Shown piece after piece: positions 49,210 to 61,467 of a stretch of DNA of 64,000 bases. Every line of letters begins with the position of its first letter. The stretch's first letter is position 1. Source of the DNA: Takakia lepidozioides. Its lineage: Eukaryota > Plantae > Bryophyta. The stretch lies in assembly GCA_030704615.1 (NCBI GenBank), contig CM060733.1, forward strand, positions 12,028,001-12,092,000, written 5' to 3'. Position numbers and translations under genes: made by a program. The notes below the pieces were generated by a model. The model searched no databases, was not told where the DNA came from, and saw only the letters and a list, made by a program, of their open reading frames with translations.

Positions 49210-49970
49210 TGTCCCGGTGACACTCGTGTATTGGCCTGTGGGTCAGGGGTTCAAAGTTCAGACGTTCAAACCCCTGTAATCTGTCTCTCTGCCGTTGAGC
49301 TGGGGTTCTGCCCAAATAAGGGCCCCAAGTTTGAAGTCGGTGTGAAGATTGGAGGGTGGTCTAGGAATTGAAAAGCAGGGGTTATACTATGTTACATCAG
49401 GAGCTGAATTAATAGCTGCCATGTAAGGGATTAAAAAAAAAAGATAGGAAAGTGAGACCTATTAAACAAGGGATGGTTAAGGCTCCATGGGGAAGCAAGT
49501 GTCACTTAAGGGTGACATTTGTCCTAAGGCAACCTTTTAGAAGGGTCCCACCGCCATGTGAGGATAAAAAAAAAGTATGAGCATAACTTGTGGTGACCCT
49601 TCACCACAAGGGCTATTGCCTTCCAGCTGAAAGGTGGACACCTTTTACACACCAGACCGTGGTTTGAACCCACATCCAACGTGGTATGTGCCCATTACCA
49701 CTGGGCTACATGCTGGTTGTATATATGTGAGGGTATATAAAGAGAGGGGGGTCTCTTCCCCTACGTCTTACTATTTATTCAGTTACTACTTACTAGTACC
49801 TAGGGGCCTGTGCAGACGCAGGACCCACGGAAAGAAAACACAAACATAGGAACGTGCGGTGCACCATGCCATAACAAATTAATAGCTGCAGAGCAAATGA
49901 TGGAATAAGGGCCCTCCATGGCTCCATGGCTCAAGAAGGGGGTTTGATTTCGCCAGGCTCAGGGCCCACG
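49210..49970 (+). mobile_element. SINE-like family B copy, split by an ~580-bp insert
   Basis: Head and body at 49210-49325; the tail ctccatggctcaagaagggggttt resumes at ~49915. AATAAGGGCCC occurs at both junctions. Confidence 0.5.
49583..49710 (-). mobile_element. SINE-like family A copy
   Basis: Reverse complement reads TGTAGCCCAGTGGTAATGGGCACATACC..GGTTCAAACC..GTGTCCACCTTTCAGCTGGAAGGC. Confidence 0.75.
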
Positions 49971-50107
49971 GTCCAATCCCAACCCGGGTAGTAATATACA
50001 TAATATATTTACGGTGTCAATAGGGCCCACCCCCGAAAGGGGGCACTAGCCGCAAGGTGAAGTGGCTCTAAGTTACGCCGACTTCAGCCGGAGTCTTCTC
50101 TCTCTCT

Positions 50108-50229
50108 ATTTACGGTGTCTCTTCACCCCCAAGGACTTCTGCCTTCTGGCAGGAAGGTGGTTTCCGACACCAAGCGGTGGATTAAACCCACATCCACCAC
50201 TTCCGAGGTGTTATGTTCCATCGCCACTG
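50108..50229 (-). mobile_element. SINE-like family A copy (diverged)
   Basis: ggtgtctcttcacc tail and taaacccacatcc B-box region on the minus strand. Confidence 0.6.
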
Positions 50230-50902
50230 TTTTGGCCTTAGAGGGCCATTAGGCATACCAGGATCAAAAGTTCGATCGTAAATCGGCAAACAAGTGGAGC
50301 CATGTAGCTGGTCACTTATCCTCTCTGGAAATCTGTGTGGGCTGATACGTAGAAGAAACATGGGTCGTCGAAGACCTTTGCCTTCCTCTTTGCCTTCCTC
50401 TGGAGATTGGTTAATAGAATTCTCCTTGTTGGAGTCTTCTTCTCCGATTCCCCGTTTTATTGCACTTCTTGCAACCTGAAAGTCCTGACCGTTGCTTTGT
50501 TAATTGTCCCTTTGCAGCCACATAATGGACATATTGTATTCTTCTATTCCCACTGGACAATCACTCAGGCCACCTTACTGCTAAATGTTAATGGTGGTAT
50601 CTCTAACTCTTCTTGTTGGGTTTGGGAGTCTCTCAGGGGTATAACCTTTTGGCATATTTGGAAAATACGTTCTTCCTTACTTTATCAAAGCGAGGCCATT
50701 TGTAAGTATGTAGGAAGGGTTGTCGAGAGTTCACTCAGACTAATTGTCTGAGGCAAGAAAAAGAATTTCTGCAGTTATTCAGAAGTGCAGCAATAGCAGA
50801 AGAGTCCAATTCCTCTCTAGGCTTTGACAACACTTGGGGGGGAGGGCAAATCTTCTCTTGGAGGTCTCCTGTCCAAGTAGTCAAATGGAAGGACGACCTC
50901 CC
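50230..50902 (+). mobile_element. Degenerate LINE 3' remnant
   Basis: WESLRGITFWHIWKIR resembles WATLRAHLLWNIWKAR of the 39.7-kb LINE. It ends WKDDLP, where a TIR element interrupts it. Confidence 0.6.
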
Positions 50903-50904
50903 TA

Positions 50905-51752
50905 CAGTCTGCCAGGGATAAATGTTATCAGTCAGGAGTTAGGAAAAAAATAACATTTAGACAAGGTTAACACAGTTATGAAGGGGTTAATTGTAACACA
51001 TTAACATTTACAGAAGATAACATTTAACAAATATAAGATTTATGAAATTAACACTTATGAAACAATGTGTAATTATATGGAGTCATTCAGTTATGGGTAG
51101 GAAATATGAATCGATTGTGGTCTGATGAGTATCTCTAATATGCATATCATCGAGTTCTTTCTCTAGGCGTTTCACGCTAAAATATTTTTCATAACGTCAT
51201 AAGGCTTTTGTTCCAAGAAATTGTAGCTATGGCCATTTTGGCATCCTTGAATGCTACAAGGGCTGGAATTTCAGTGGCACATGTGTGCTCATCCTCGTCT
51301 TCCTTATCAACTTGAACATATGAACCATAATTATATTCATAATAATATTTAATATTTGACGCCTCTCGAAGGAAGCCTAAATTATGGGGTGTCTCTTCAC
51401 CCCGTAATAATATTTAATATTTGACGCTTCTCGAAGGAAGCATAAATTATGGGGTGTCTCTTCACCCCGAAGGTTACATGCCTGCCTCCCGCTAGAAAGG
51501 TGGACCCTTTTGTGACACCAAGGGTGAATTGAACTCACAACCACTTCCGAGGTGTTATGTGCCCACCAGTGGGCTACAACTTGGTACCCTGGGCACCCTC
51601 CATGGTGCACTTAACATTTATAGAGGGCAAATTAACAAAGAGGGGAGTATACAATTGTTAACAAATTAACACTTAACATTTGTTAGTGTACACAAGTAGG
51701 GGAGTAAAATTTCTTAACATTTATAGAGGTAACATTTATCCAGGGCAGACTG
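50905..51752. mobile_element. Tc1/mariner (pogo-like) non-autonomous element with TA target-site duplication
   Basis: TA|CAGTCTGCCAGGGATAAATGTTA ... TAACATTTATCCAGGGCAGACTG|TA, subterminal TTAACATTT repeats, and an acidic coding remnant on the minus strand at ~51210-51320. Confidence 0.8.
51341..51578 (-). mobile_element. SINE-like family A copy with a duplicated 3' tail, nested in the Tc1/pogo element
   Basis: aataatatttaatatttgacgc.tctcgaaggaagc.taaattatggggtgtctcttcacccc occurs twice; the head ends gggctaca at ~51578. Confidence 0.75.
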
Positions 51753-52850
51753 TACCTGCTGGCAGCTCTGTTAGTGCCAGGCCTTCACCTTTTGAGAATT
51801 CAATTTAATTGTGGAATGGCTTGAGGGGGGAGCGCGTCGACGGAGAGGCAACTGATTTATTCGTCTGTTGTGTCTCCACACATGTGTCGCACACATGGTC
51901 AAGCACATGCGGGCAAAAGAGGGGCCGATGAATTGGAGCATCGGCGTAGCTTTTAGAAGGGCAAGTCCAAGGCTAAGCTCTCGTTTGATGCTCCCAAGAG
52001 GAAAAGGGGTAGCATGTAGTCTTACACTGCAGTTGGGAGATCACACTTTAGATCTCAATAATAACCTTCTCCAACCCATGATTTTGTCGATGATGAAATC
52101 GATTAATTTCATCCATTTCAGTAGGCACAAATAACAACATCCACTAGGTATGTCAATGCAATGCGAGCGGTGTTCCAAATTCGAACACACCATCACCTCT
52201 GTGGCATGGTGACTCACGGCACTTTACACGCGGCGTCGGGATGTGCCTAGCGATGGGCATGATAATGGCCGTGCATGGCTGAGCTGTCCCTGGCAGGCCC
52301 ACACGCGTGACGACACTTGCAACCACGTAGGCACACGCCCCCTTATCAAAAATGCATCACCTATAAATTATTAAGACCGTTGATTTTCAGATGGATCGAC
52401 GCCTTCTGATGCGCCACTGGTTGCAACTGCGACACGTGGAGGCTCGAGGGCCGGCTTGGCTGTGGCAGGCGCTGTCTCGGTGGGTTTGGTTGCAGAGAGT
52501 GGGGTGGGTGTCTTGGAGGATGAGAGTCGCAATGGTGGCGATTGTGGAGGAGGCACTCTGCAGGGGCTGATCAGACAGTGCACTGAGATCTCTGCTGCCT
52601 CCGTCTGCTTGGAATTTTTCAGGTCCGTGTTGGATATCTCTCTGTATTCTCCGGTGCAGCAGCTCGGGAGGCAGATTTTGAGTGGTGTTGTAACTCGGAG
52701 TGTTTGTGGTCAGGTCTGACTCGTTTGAGCTATGTTGCACAAATTAGGAGTTTGGATAAATGCAGATGAATGTTCATATAGGTTTTATGATGCGTTGATC
52801 ACCTAGAATGTGGCAGGCGGGGAGCTTCATTGTGATTGAATCGCGCGTGC

Positions 52851-52884
<34 letters not shown>

Positions 52885-53280
52885 GACAATGTCAATAGTA
52901 AGGGTTACATGATACATCATGATAGCTGTGGGTTGGGGAAGTGACAGCTATCCGCTGGTTACACTCAGTTGGCAACGCAACTAGTCACGATTTTTAGGGT
53001 TTAAGGGAAGGTGAGGAGTGTCTCGTAGGTCTTCAGCCTTTTGAAGGTAATTAATAGTGCCACGGGGGCTGGGATCCACATGCATGGAAGGTCTAAGTCT
53101 GTGGAAGGCTGAGGTTACTGGAATGAGGCATGCTGGCAAGTTTAGTTCTAGTATAAGAGGACCAGGCTTTGTGTGTGGGGGATTCTGTTCTCAAGCACTA
53201 CAAGTGGGCCGCCAATCGCGAGATGTGGCGAGTTCAAGCTTGTCGAGGTGAGGAGTACTGGAGGGGAGAATTTGTTGTCT

Positions 53281-56200
53281 ATGGAGGCAAGGGGCCTACG
53301 AGGATGCCCAGGTTCCGGCATGGCAGCCATTTCACCCCTCTCAGGAAGTTTGAGAATCAGACTAAACGGACTTGAGTACCGGAATCTTAGGCGGAGGCAC
53401 TCATTCGAAATTCTTCGTGCAGGTATCTGTTACGTTCTTTTAATTTGCCTTGCATTTGAGAGAGAGATGATGAGTCCCTCCCGAACCATACAAACCTGGC
53501 AATTGACTGGTCTTCTTGATCACAGTGACATCCTTCAGAGGGATAATGCTGGATAGTGCACTTTTGCATTCATTGAAATGTTGTGCACCGACCATCGTAT
53601 GACAATTGTGGCCCAATTTAACCATTTTATCTCTCTCTGAATGGCAGAAGTTAGTCATAAAACTTCCCTGAACTAGTTTCCAGTCTGTAACATGGGCGAG
53701 ATCCTTAGGATGATCTGACGGGTCCTACCACCTTAGCTTAGCACTAGACTGAATTTTAAACTAGGGCCGGTGAGCCTAGCTTTGAACTAAAACCATGTAG
53801 AGAAAATGAAATGAAATGGTACTTTATAAGAAGAGAGAGGAGATTATAATTGCCCCATGTGCGGACAGCCTGAAGACAACACATTTTCTGATATGTACAT
53901 AGTCCGGTGTATTCTCACCAGAGGGTGACCCTCTTCAGGAACATCAAGAACATTGTTCCTGCCCCTCTGTTCACCAACTTTGAAAATCTCGAGGCTGAGC
54001 CTAAAGCCCTGGCCCTGTTGGGGTCTAATTGCTGTTGGAAGGGCTTTCTAAAGGATATTTGGAAAGTTCAAACTAATTGTTTATACCAAGTTAAATGCTC
54101 CCCTCCCCTTTCTGTTTGCTATGTAGAAGCCTGTGGTAACTCCTAATGAGTAACCTCATCATCTCTCTTGTTCTCCCTCTCATTCATTTGGTGCTGCTTG
54201 AACCATTTAATTGGGGTTCTTACACATGGCATCCATGCAGGAAGTAACCCTTGTTTAAACCCTTATTCCTTGACCACACTAATTAGCCTTCAGCTGAGGA
54301 TTTACTGTTTCCTGATCTTTCACAGAGGCGAGGTCATGGCATATTAGGTCTGCAGAAATACCCAAAGCATGGGCATTTTGGGAAGCAGGGCAAAATACAA
54401 TTTTTGCAGGAGTGAGCATGCAGTCAGAGATGGAACAGGTGCAAAAGGATGTGGCAGATTTAGAGACCGAGCTGTGTTCTTCTATGGACTACACAGTGGA
54501 TCCTAAGACCCCAAGAGGAGACCTTTCACACGTTGCTAATCAATACCATTGAACAGTTTAGCAGGTGTGTCACGCCGTCCATGCTAACGTATAGAATCTT
54601 TGATTCTTTGATTGATGCCCTGTGTAGTCTCTCTTTTCTGCATGTTAAAGGTTAGTCCATCTCGATCTGAGGATCACTATCTGACATGTTGGGTCATGGC
54701 AATTGAGGAAAGAGGGATTCAATGGGATGGGATATACAGGTTGAATGGACTGACGGGCAGGAAGATGAAGGCCAATTTTGAATCGCTGTCACCTGTGGCT
54801 ATTCAAAATGAGGCCCGTAATCTCGTCGAATTCTGTGTCTTCCGCTATTTAGGAAGGGGAGTTGGGGATGTCCACCCATCTCTGAAGGTGTGTTAGTTTC
54901 TCTTGCTCTCCTGGCTGCGGAAGAGCTGGAAATAACAGGTAGGGGAGAAGAAGGGGAGGGGGCGACGATAGAGGGTTAGGAGGACAGCAGGGGTGGGGGA
55001 AGGGTAGGGGCAGGTAGAAACAAAGAAAGTAAGAACCGGTGGGGGGAACATATTTAAGGTTGTCTATTTTGCATGAAGTACTTTGAGGTATGTGAAGATT
55101 TGTATGATTACTGAATTACAGAGCAATGGATATGTTTTTACGGATGGCGCATTTCGACGGTTAACTTTTACTGCTATGCTGGCCTGGCAGCGGCCTTACT
55201 TGGAGGATTTGTACTCCAGTGAGCAAGGTCCCTTGCCTGTGAGTAGCATTACGACTGTTGGCCCCCCTGCCCTCCCTCCACCATTTGTCTCTCGCGTGTC
55301 TGTACCGCATGGCAGGCAGAGGACAACTAACCCTCTGCACTTGTGGTGTGTAAGACTAAATTGCCATAGTGCTTGTGCACAGGCATCATCCTGGTTACAA
55401 AGAGTGGGGATTTATGGGCTGGGGTTGTCACCATACTAGAAAGCTGCAGGGTGATTGTAGGACTGATCTTTTAGCCCTCCAGATTGCGCACTGGCAGTCA
55501 CACTGTCACACAACAAAGAGATATAGCTATTGACCATGCTGTACAGACTTTGGCTGTAATTTACTGCTGGGGTTGCTCATTTAAAGTCTTAGATAAGGGT
55601 GCTATTGAAATCTCCTGCAGGAGGAGGAGATCCAATTTCATACCAGCATCCGTTTCGGTCCTCCGGTCATGGGCGCGATTGCCCTAATAGAAAGGTGTAT
55701 GCTGCCCTTACAGCGCCACCTAGGTGAGCACAGCTGTTCTGTGCCTCAAATAAAATATCTGCCTGGAATGCAGATAACTGATAATGAGGCGGGATGTCTG
55801 GGAGTCGATGTCATAAGAAGGGTAGAGGATGGTGCCAAAAAAAAAACCACAAGGCGTTTTTTCTTCTGCTTCAGCTCCAAACTCTTTTAGGTTAGACCCG
55901 GGTAATAGGAGGGATCAGCACTTTGTGTGGGTTATCAACCTGCTGGATCTATGTCTGGGTTTTCCTCCCACCACGCTATAGAAACTCAGCCATAGTGCAG
56001 TCATTGCAATTCCACCTACAATTGAGTGTGATTGGAGAGAAAAAAGACATTTAGTATGTCCATGGGAGGCCCATCAGGCTGCCATTGGGATACCGTAGAA
56101 TAACACCGTACAACAGGAGGTACCCAAAATCAAGTCAAACCTGAAATGTGGCACAAAGATGGAGTACATCATGCAGGTTAGCTGCTAAGCACTTCAGGTC

Positions 56201-59200
56201 CTAGTAACTGAAGGCCCCTGCCAGAGACTCTAAGTTGACACAAGTGTCTTGCCTAGATGTTAAGATGAGAACACAGAACAATGTTCTGTCTCCACGTCGC
56301 AGATGGCATAAATCGAAGAAAATCCTGTCCTCATGAGGTATAATCGGTGGAGTGTAAGACTAGTGGAAGTTGCCCAAACGTGGAGAACGCAAGGGAGCAT
56401 TAGTCCCCTGTCTGTTGCACAAGGATCTTTCTGAGATCCCCCCTGATCAGCCTGTTCCTCTCCTGTGATGACGTTTTTTGGGAATTCAGAAGAGGGCACG
56501 TCTCTGCATTGCCACTGAGGTAGAGGAAGAGACTTTGCGCCCTTGCACTTTCTCTGTCCAATAAGCTGTGGTGAGATTGATTAAGGGTTGGCTTTTGAGG
56601 GTGGCAGGAAAAAGGTCTTGTTGGAGAAGAGGCATTTGTACGCATTGCTCCAGCGATTGCTGGTGCTGCTGATCGACCCACAGTACACTGTCTGTTCGAT
56701 GCTCTCGTGGGGGAAGATGGCATGGGCCTTGCTTTTGAAACCTGGGATCAGTACCTCATAGAGTTGTCTGGGTAAGTGCTTGTCACTTCCTCTATGTGGA
56801 AACCTTGTTGTACTACCTCCATGCAGGCCAGGACCTTGTGGAACAATTGAGAAGAAAAAACTGTTGGATGCTTTTGTATTGGACACCAATACACTTGTGG
56901 TGCCTTGTACTCCAGAGGGGCTAGGAAGACATCTTTTAGTTAAAGAGAGGGCTACCTTCAACGTGTCAGGATCTGAAAGGGTTCTGACTTTCAGTTGCTG
57001 ATGCATCTTTGACCAGGCGGTGTCCCAGTGTAGTCTTCTTACCTCATAAACTTCCTGTCCTTTCAAACATACAAAGAGTCACACCTTGGTGATGCGCATT
57101 TCAGTTGAATGACTGCATAGGGTAACACAGACATACACCCATGCAAGTACACAACCCAAGAGCGCCTCAAGGCCGCTATGCGCCCACAAGAGTTCTACCA
57201 GTAAATCTATATAATGATAAGTCTCTGGATTGACATGTGGCAGAGTTCATCGAGAGCGGAAGCAGTACATAGAGGCACAGGGTACAACATTGGGCCTTGA
57301 ATCTGACGAGTGTGTTCTAAGTGTGGGCAACAATAAGGGGCAGCCAGTGCAAAAGTGGAGTGGTAGCTTGGTGTGGCCTGGCCGACTCACTCTCACTGAC
57401 CGTGCCTTCTATTTTGAGGTTTCCCATTTTCTCCTCCTCTCATGTTTTTAGAAAATTACATGGTCTGATTGGATGACCCTTTTCTCAAAGTTTTACAACT
57501 TTTCCTTAGACTGACCTACTGCCCGGAGGGAGGAAGGAAAGCGACACAAAGGGCAGTTTGAAAGGAAAGAGGCTATATGCTGATCTATTGGAGTCCAATG
57601 ATATATCCAATTGTCAAAGGGAGGATTAAAACCAACTGCTTTGAATGATCAATCAGAGGCCTTTAGAATTGAAATTAATGTGCTTGCAGGCAAATGGGAT
57701 CACTTCGCATCAGAAACCTATAAGACTTGATTTGACATCGAAGGATTCTGTGATAGAGAAGAAGAAAGTTGGGCCATTTGGGGCAGAGTTATTTGACTCT
57801 GCCATCTCTGTTGCTTTCAGCCACCCCCGTGAGTCAGCATTCACTAATCTTCTCAATTTGCCAAAAAATATCGTATACTTTTCATAGATTAGTCATTTAG
57901 TGAAAGATTGTACTAGATTCTTTGCCAGCATCTACATTCAACTCCTGTGACTTGCATATGAAAGAAACTCTCCTCCTTTTATTTCTGGGATCCCTCTGTC
58001 AACTTTTGGTGTGCTGCTGTCTGACAGATGCGAGGCATGGGTACTAGAGCTTGTTGATTTTGGAGGGGAGAGACGCCGGGATATATGGTTTGCAAAGGCG
58101 AAGGAGCTCATTTGTCTTACCCTTTCTTGATGAGTACGCGCCCAAGGAAGAGGATCCGTTGGTGAGCTACATCTACGGAGCCAGACATGGACAGAGGAGG
58201 GCAATAGACGCTGCCATCCAGGGCATTGCAAGACTGCAGGTCTGTCACTTATTCTCCAGCACTGTTATTATCTCAACTTGGCACTCTGGTTTGCGTGTTG
58301 CCTTTTAAGGATGTATAATTGTGTGCTAACATACTGATGGACACTTCTGGAGGTACTCGGGCATTTTTTATTCTCCGAGCATATGGTATGTAGAGATATG
58401 AACCTAGGAACACAGTTGGTGGTTGTGTCTACTCCTAGTTCTTGTCGCCAAGTATAAAAACTGACTGAATTGATGTCTCTTTGAAGGTGTGGTTCTACTT
58501 GGGGTTTCTGCCAAAGGCCTTCTCCATGCACTTGACCGAAAACAATGAAATGAGAGAGAGGGAAATGTATGTTGGTTGTAATGGGGTGTTTCACTTAAAT
58601 GAGTCAGTTCTGTTGCAGACAACTCTGAAACTAACCATCAATGGTAATGGTATCACAGGCAGTGCAATACGCGCTCAGAAAACCGCCTCTGCATCCAGAG
58701 CGACTACTTCAGTTTTCCTTCCTTGCTGATGCGCCAAGTGGGGACTTGGTCTATCAGACACTTGCTCTCAGCTACTGGGGTGGCCGCATGGACTCGAAGG
58801 CGAAAGATCTTGACTTTTTAGCAGTGGGTGGGGGGGAGCATGGAACAGCTGAAGATACCTTAGCAGGAGAGGGACATGATGTTCTTGGAGTTGATGGAAG
58901 TGTCTATCCTCGCAGGTGGATGACATCACCGTCCTGGAATACAACCAAATCCATTACTTTCTGGAGACCACATAAAGGTGGGGTCAGAGGAGTGGTAGTT
59001 GGGAAGATGCACGTTTTGGGTGGGTTGACACATGTTGAACGTGCAGTGAGAGCTTGCTGGGAGCAGTGCCAATTAGCTGAGAAAACCAAGGCCACCATTG
59101 ATGGTGCAATACTTAAGGGCATTCCTAACAATGTTGACCTTGTCAAGGTGTGCCCCCCCCTCCCATGCGCTCTGCCTGCTTTCATGTAAAACTTTTAGTA

Positions 59201-60593
59201 CATATGGCCAGGCATGCATGTAGAGACAAGCTAGAGTGATCCTCATCTTGCAAGTGGGATGTTGTTGGCTATGAGAGGCTGGGGAAGCTCTGTGCTGACG
59301 TTGTTCCGGGGAAAGATGTCATGATGCACCAACACTGCAACACATCCTTTTGATGCCCTCTGACTGACCATTGTTTGTCTTTGGCAGGAGCTAATGCTAC
59401 CATTTATGATAATTTCAGTCAACTTTCAGAAGCTAAAACGGTGGGAGAAGCCTGGTTTGAGTGCTGCCTTTCTGCTCTTTGCCACTGGCCTTATCTACAA
59501 GTAGGTTCCTTCTTTGTGCATCCAGAAAAATCCCTTGTTGTGTGTAATTTGCTGTCTCTGTTTCATAGCTTGAGTTCACACGGACTGGTTCATGGATATT
59601 CCGGCACCCCATCATGTTAATTATAAGCTGCAGCTTGACTAACAGAGTGTCCCTTTTCTTTATCCTTTTTGTTGTAACAGGAACTGGCTGCCCTATGTGT
59701 TCCCTGCCATCTTGCTGACAGGTGCCGGAATCGTGTTTGTTCTGCGGGGTCTGAAGGCCCAGGTCGTTGGAGGAGAGGATTTTACAAAAGTTACAATTCG
59801 GGACCAGCCACCTACAAATACAATACAAAAGATTATGGCTCTCAAGGAGGCATTGACTGCATTAGAGGACTTCTTACAAAATCTCAATATCACTCTTTTG
59901 AAGCTACGCACCGTTGTGGTTTCTGGTGACCCTCAGGTCATCTTTCCCACTTTCCTTAATGTAGGATCAAACCATATCGACAGATTTAAGAGAGAACTTT
60001 TCACATTGTATTGTTAATTTATCCTGCTGTAAGCATGATCCAGAGGGATAAATTTCTGTTTCTCCATCTTTCTGTGATAAATATCCTTTGATGGGTGAAC
60101 ACTGACTTGAAATGATGAAGGGAGTCCTCTTAAAAGGCTGTCCTACAGCCAAAGCTGACAGGGAAGGCCAGTACCTCCTCTTCACATGTATGTGGAGAAA
60201 GATCAATGGCTTTTATTTATATGTATGCAATCGAATTTTTGGCAGTGCTAATAATGTTTCTATGTGTATCTGCAGTCAACAAACGAGGTCTTCATAGCGC
60301 TACTGGTGGCGGGCTTAACCACATGGTTTGTGCCATTCCGCTATCTGGTTGGTGGCTTGCTTATTGACCAGTTCACAATCGAGCTGGAGTTCCGGAGGAA
60401 AAGTGTAGAAGAGGTGGTGAATCGCGTGAATGAATGGTGGTCCGCTGTTCCTGCCACACCAGTAGCTGTCTTGCCTCCTGACAAGGGAGAGAATAATAGT
60501 ACCTCCCACCTCCCTGAAGAGTCTAGTGATGGGCCAAGTCAAAGTGAAGCATTGGTGCAGGCACTCTCGCAGTGGCTAGCTGAGGATCAGTGA
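53281..60593 (+). pseudogene. DUF639-family plant gene (12 exons, transit-peptide-like N terminus), frameshifted in this sequence
   Basis: IEQFSRLNGLTGRKM, EARNLVEFCVFRYL, AFRRLTFTAMLAW, LVGEEAFVRIAPAI, WPGRLTLTDRAFYFE, GPFGAELFDSAIS, KATIDGAILKGIPNN, IRDQPPTNTIQKIMALK, EWWSAVPATPV. Exons ~53281-53422, 54326-54564, 54740-54887, 55122-55238, 56608-56771, 57244-57418, 57690-57830, 58028-58239, 58659-59147, 59388-59500, 59681-59936, 60276-60593. Frameshifts at ~54540 and ~58120 could also be consensus errors. Confidence 0.75.
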
Positions 60594-61184
60594 CCTGCTA
60601 CCTACTTCATAATCATGTAAGCAAGCAGGGTGTACTTTTGAGAGAGAGAGACACACACATATATACAGAGAGCGTGATGTGTACATTACACATAGCTTGA
60701 TATAGGCTTTGGCCACAGACCACATGCACTGTTAGGAGCAGGAGAGAAGGAATATCTTGAACCGGCTCCCAGTAGTAGCAGAGAAACTCAATATCTATTG
60801 ATAGGGTTTCTCAGACAGATCTCAATAGGTGGTGTACATAGAACTGTATTGTTTAGACTTGCTAGTGGGAGGGAGAAGGTAGGGACATCTTCATCTTCTA
60901 CTCTGCTTTATCACATTGTAAACGCATTCATGATTTGATGTATTCGTAAAGAAGTAAACCCAAGAGTTGAAGACCTGTCTGTGTTTTATTCCACCACCGC
61001 AAGGGACTTTACATTCATCAGAATTGACATAAATCCGGAACAACAATAATTCAGTTTCACCTCAGGTGCTGAATGCACTCTCTCTCTCAATATGCTCGTG
61101 GTGTTCTGGAGAGCCAGTTTTTAGTAATCTTTCTATGACCTAATTAGGTAAGGAAACAAATAATGAAGGACTGAGAGAGACGAG

Positions 61185-61467
61185 CAGCGTTTTTTTTTTG
61201 ACGAATTTTCGCAATATTGCTACCTCAAAAAATAAGAGAATATTCTGTCGCAAATCCCCTGTTTTCTGATGGATGAAATCGCCAAACCTCTCCAGATAAA
61301 ATATACATCATGGATGAATTTGCCAAATATGGATTATATACATGGATGAAAGTACAAGGGAAGATGACTCTATCCAAATGTCAGTGGATGAACAGAAAAT
61401 ATGGCTATTTTTTGCAAAACTCAGTAGCCACTCCTGTTCTTTCCCAAATTTCAGATAAAAAACACTG
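61185..61467. mobile_element. hAT-type MITE with intact 8-bp target-site duplication
   Basis: GAGACGAG|CAGCGTTTTT ... AAAAAACACTG|GAGACGAG (TSD at 61177-61184 and 61468-61475). Confidence 0.88.
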
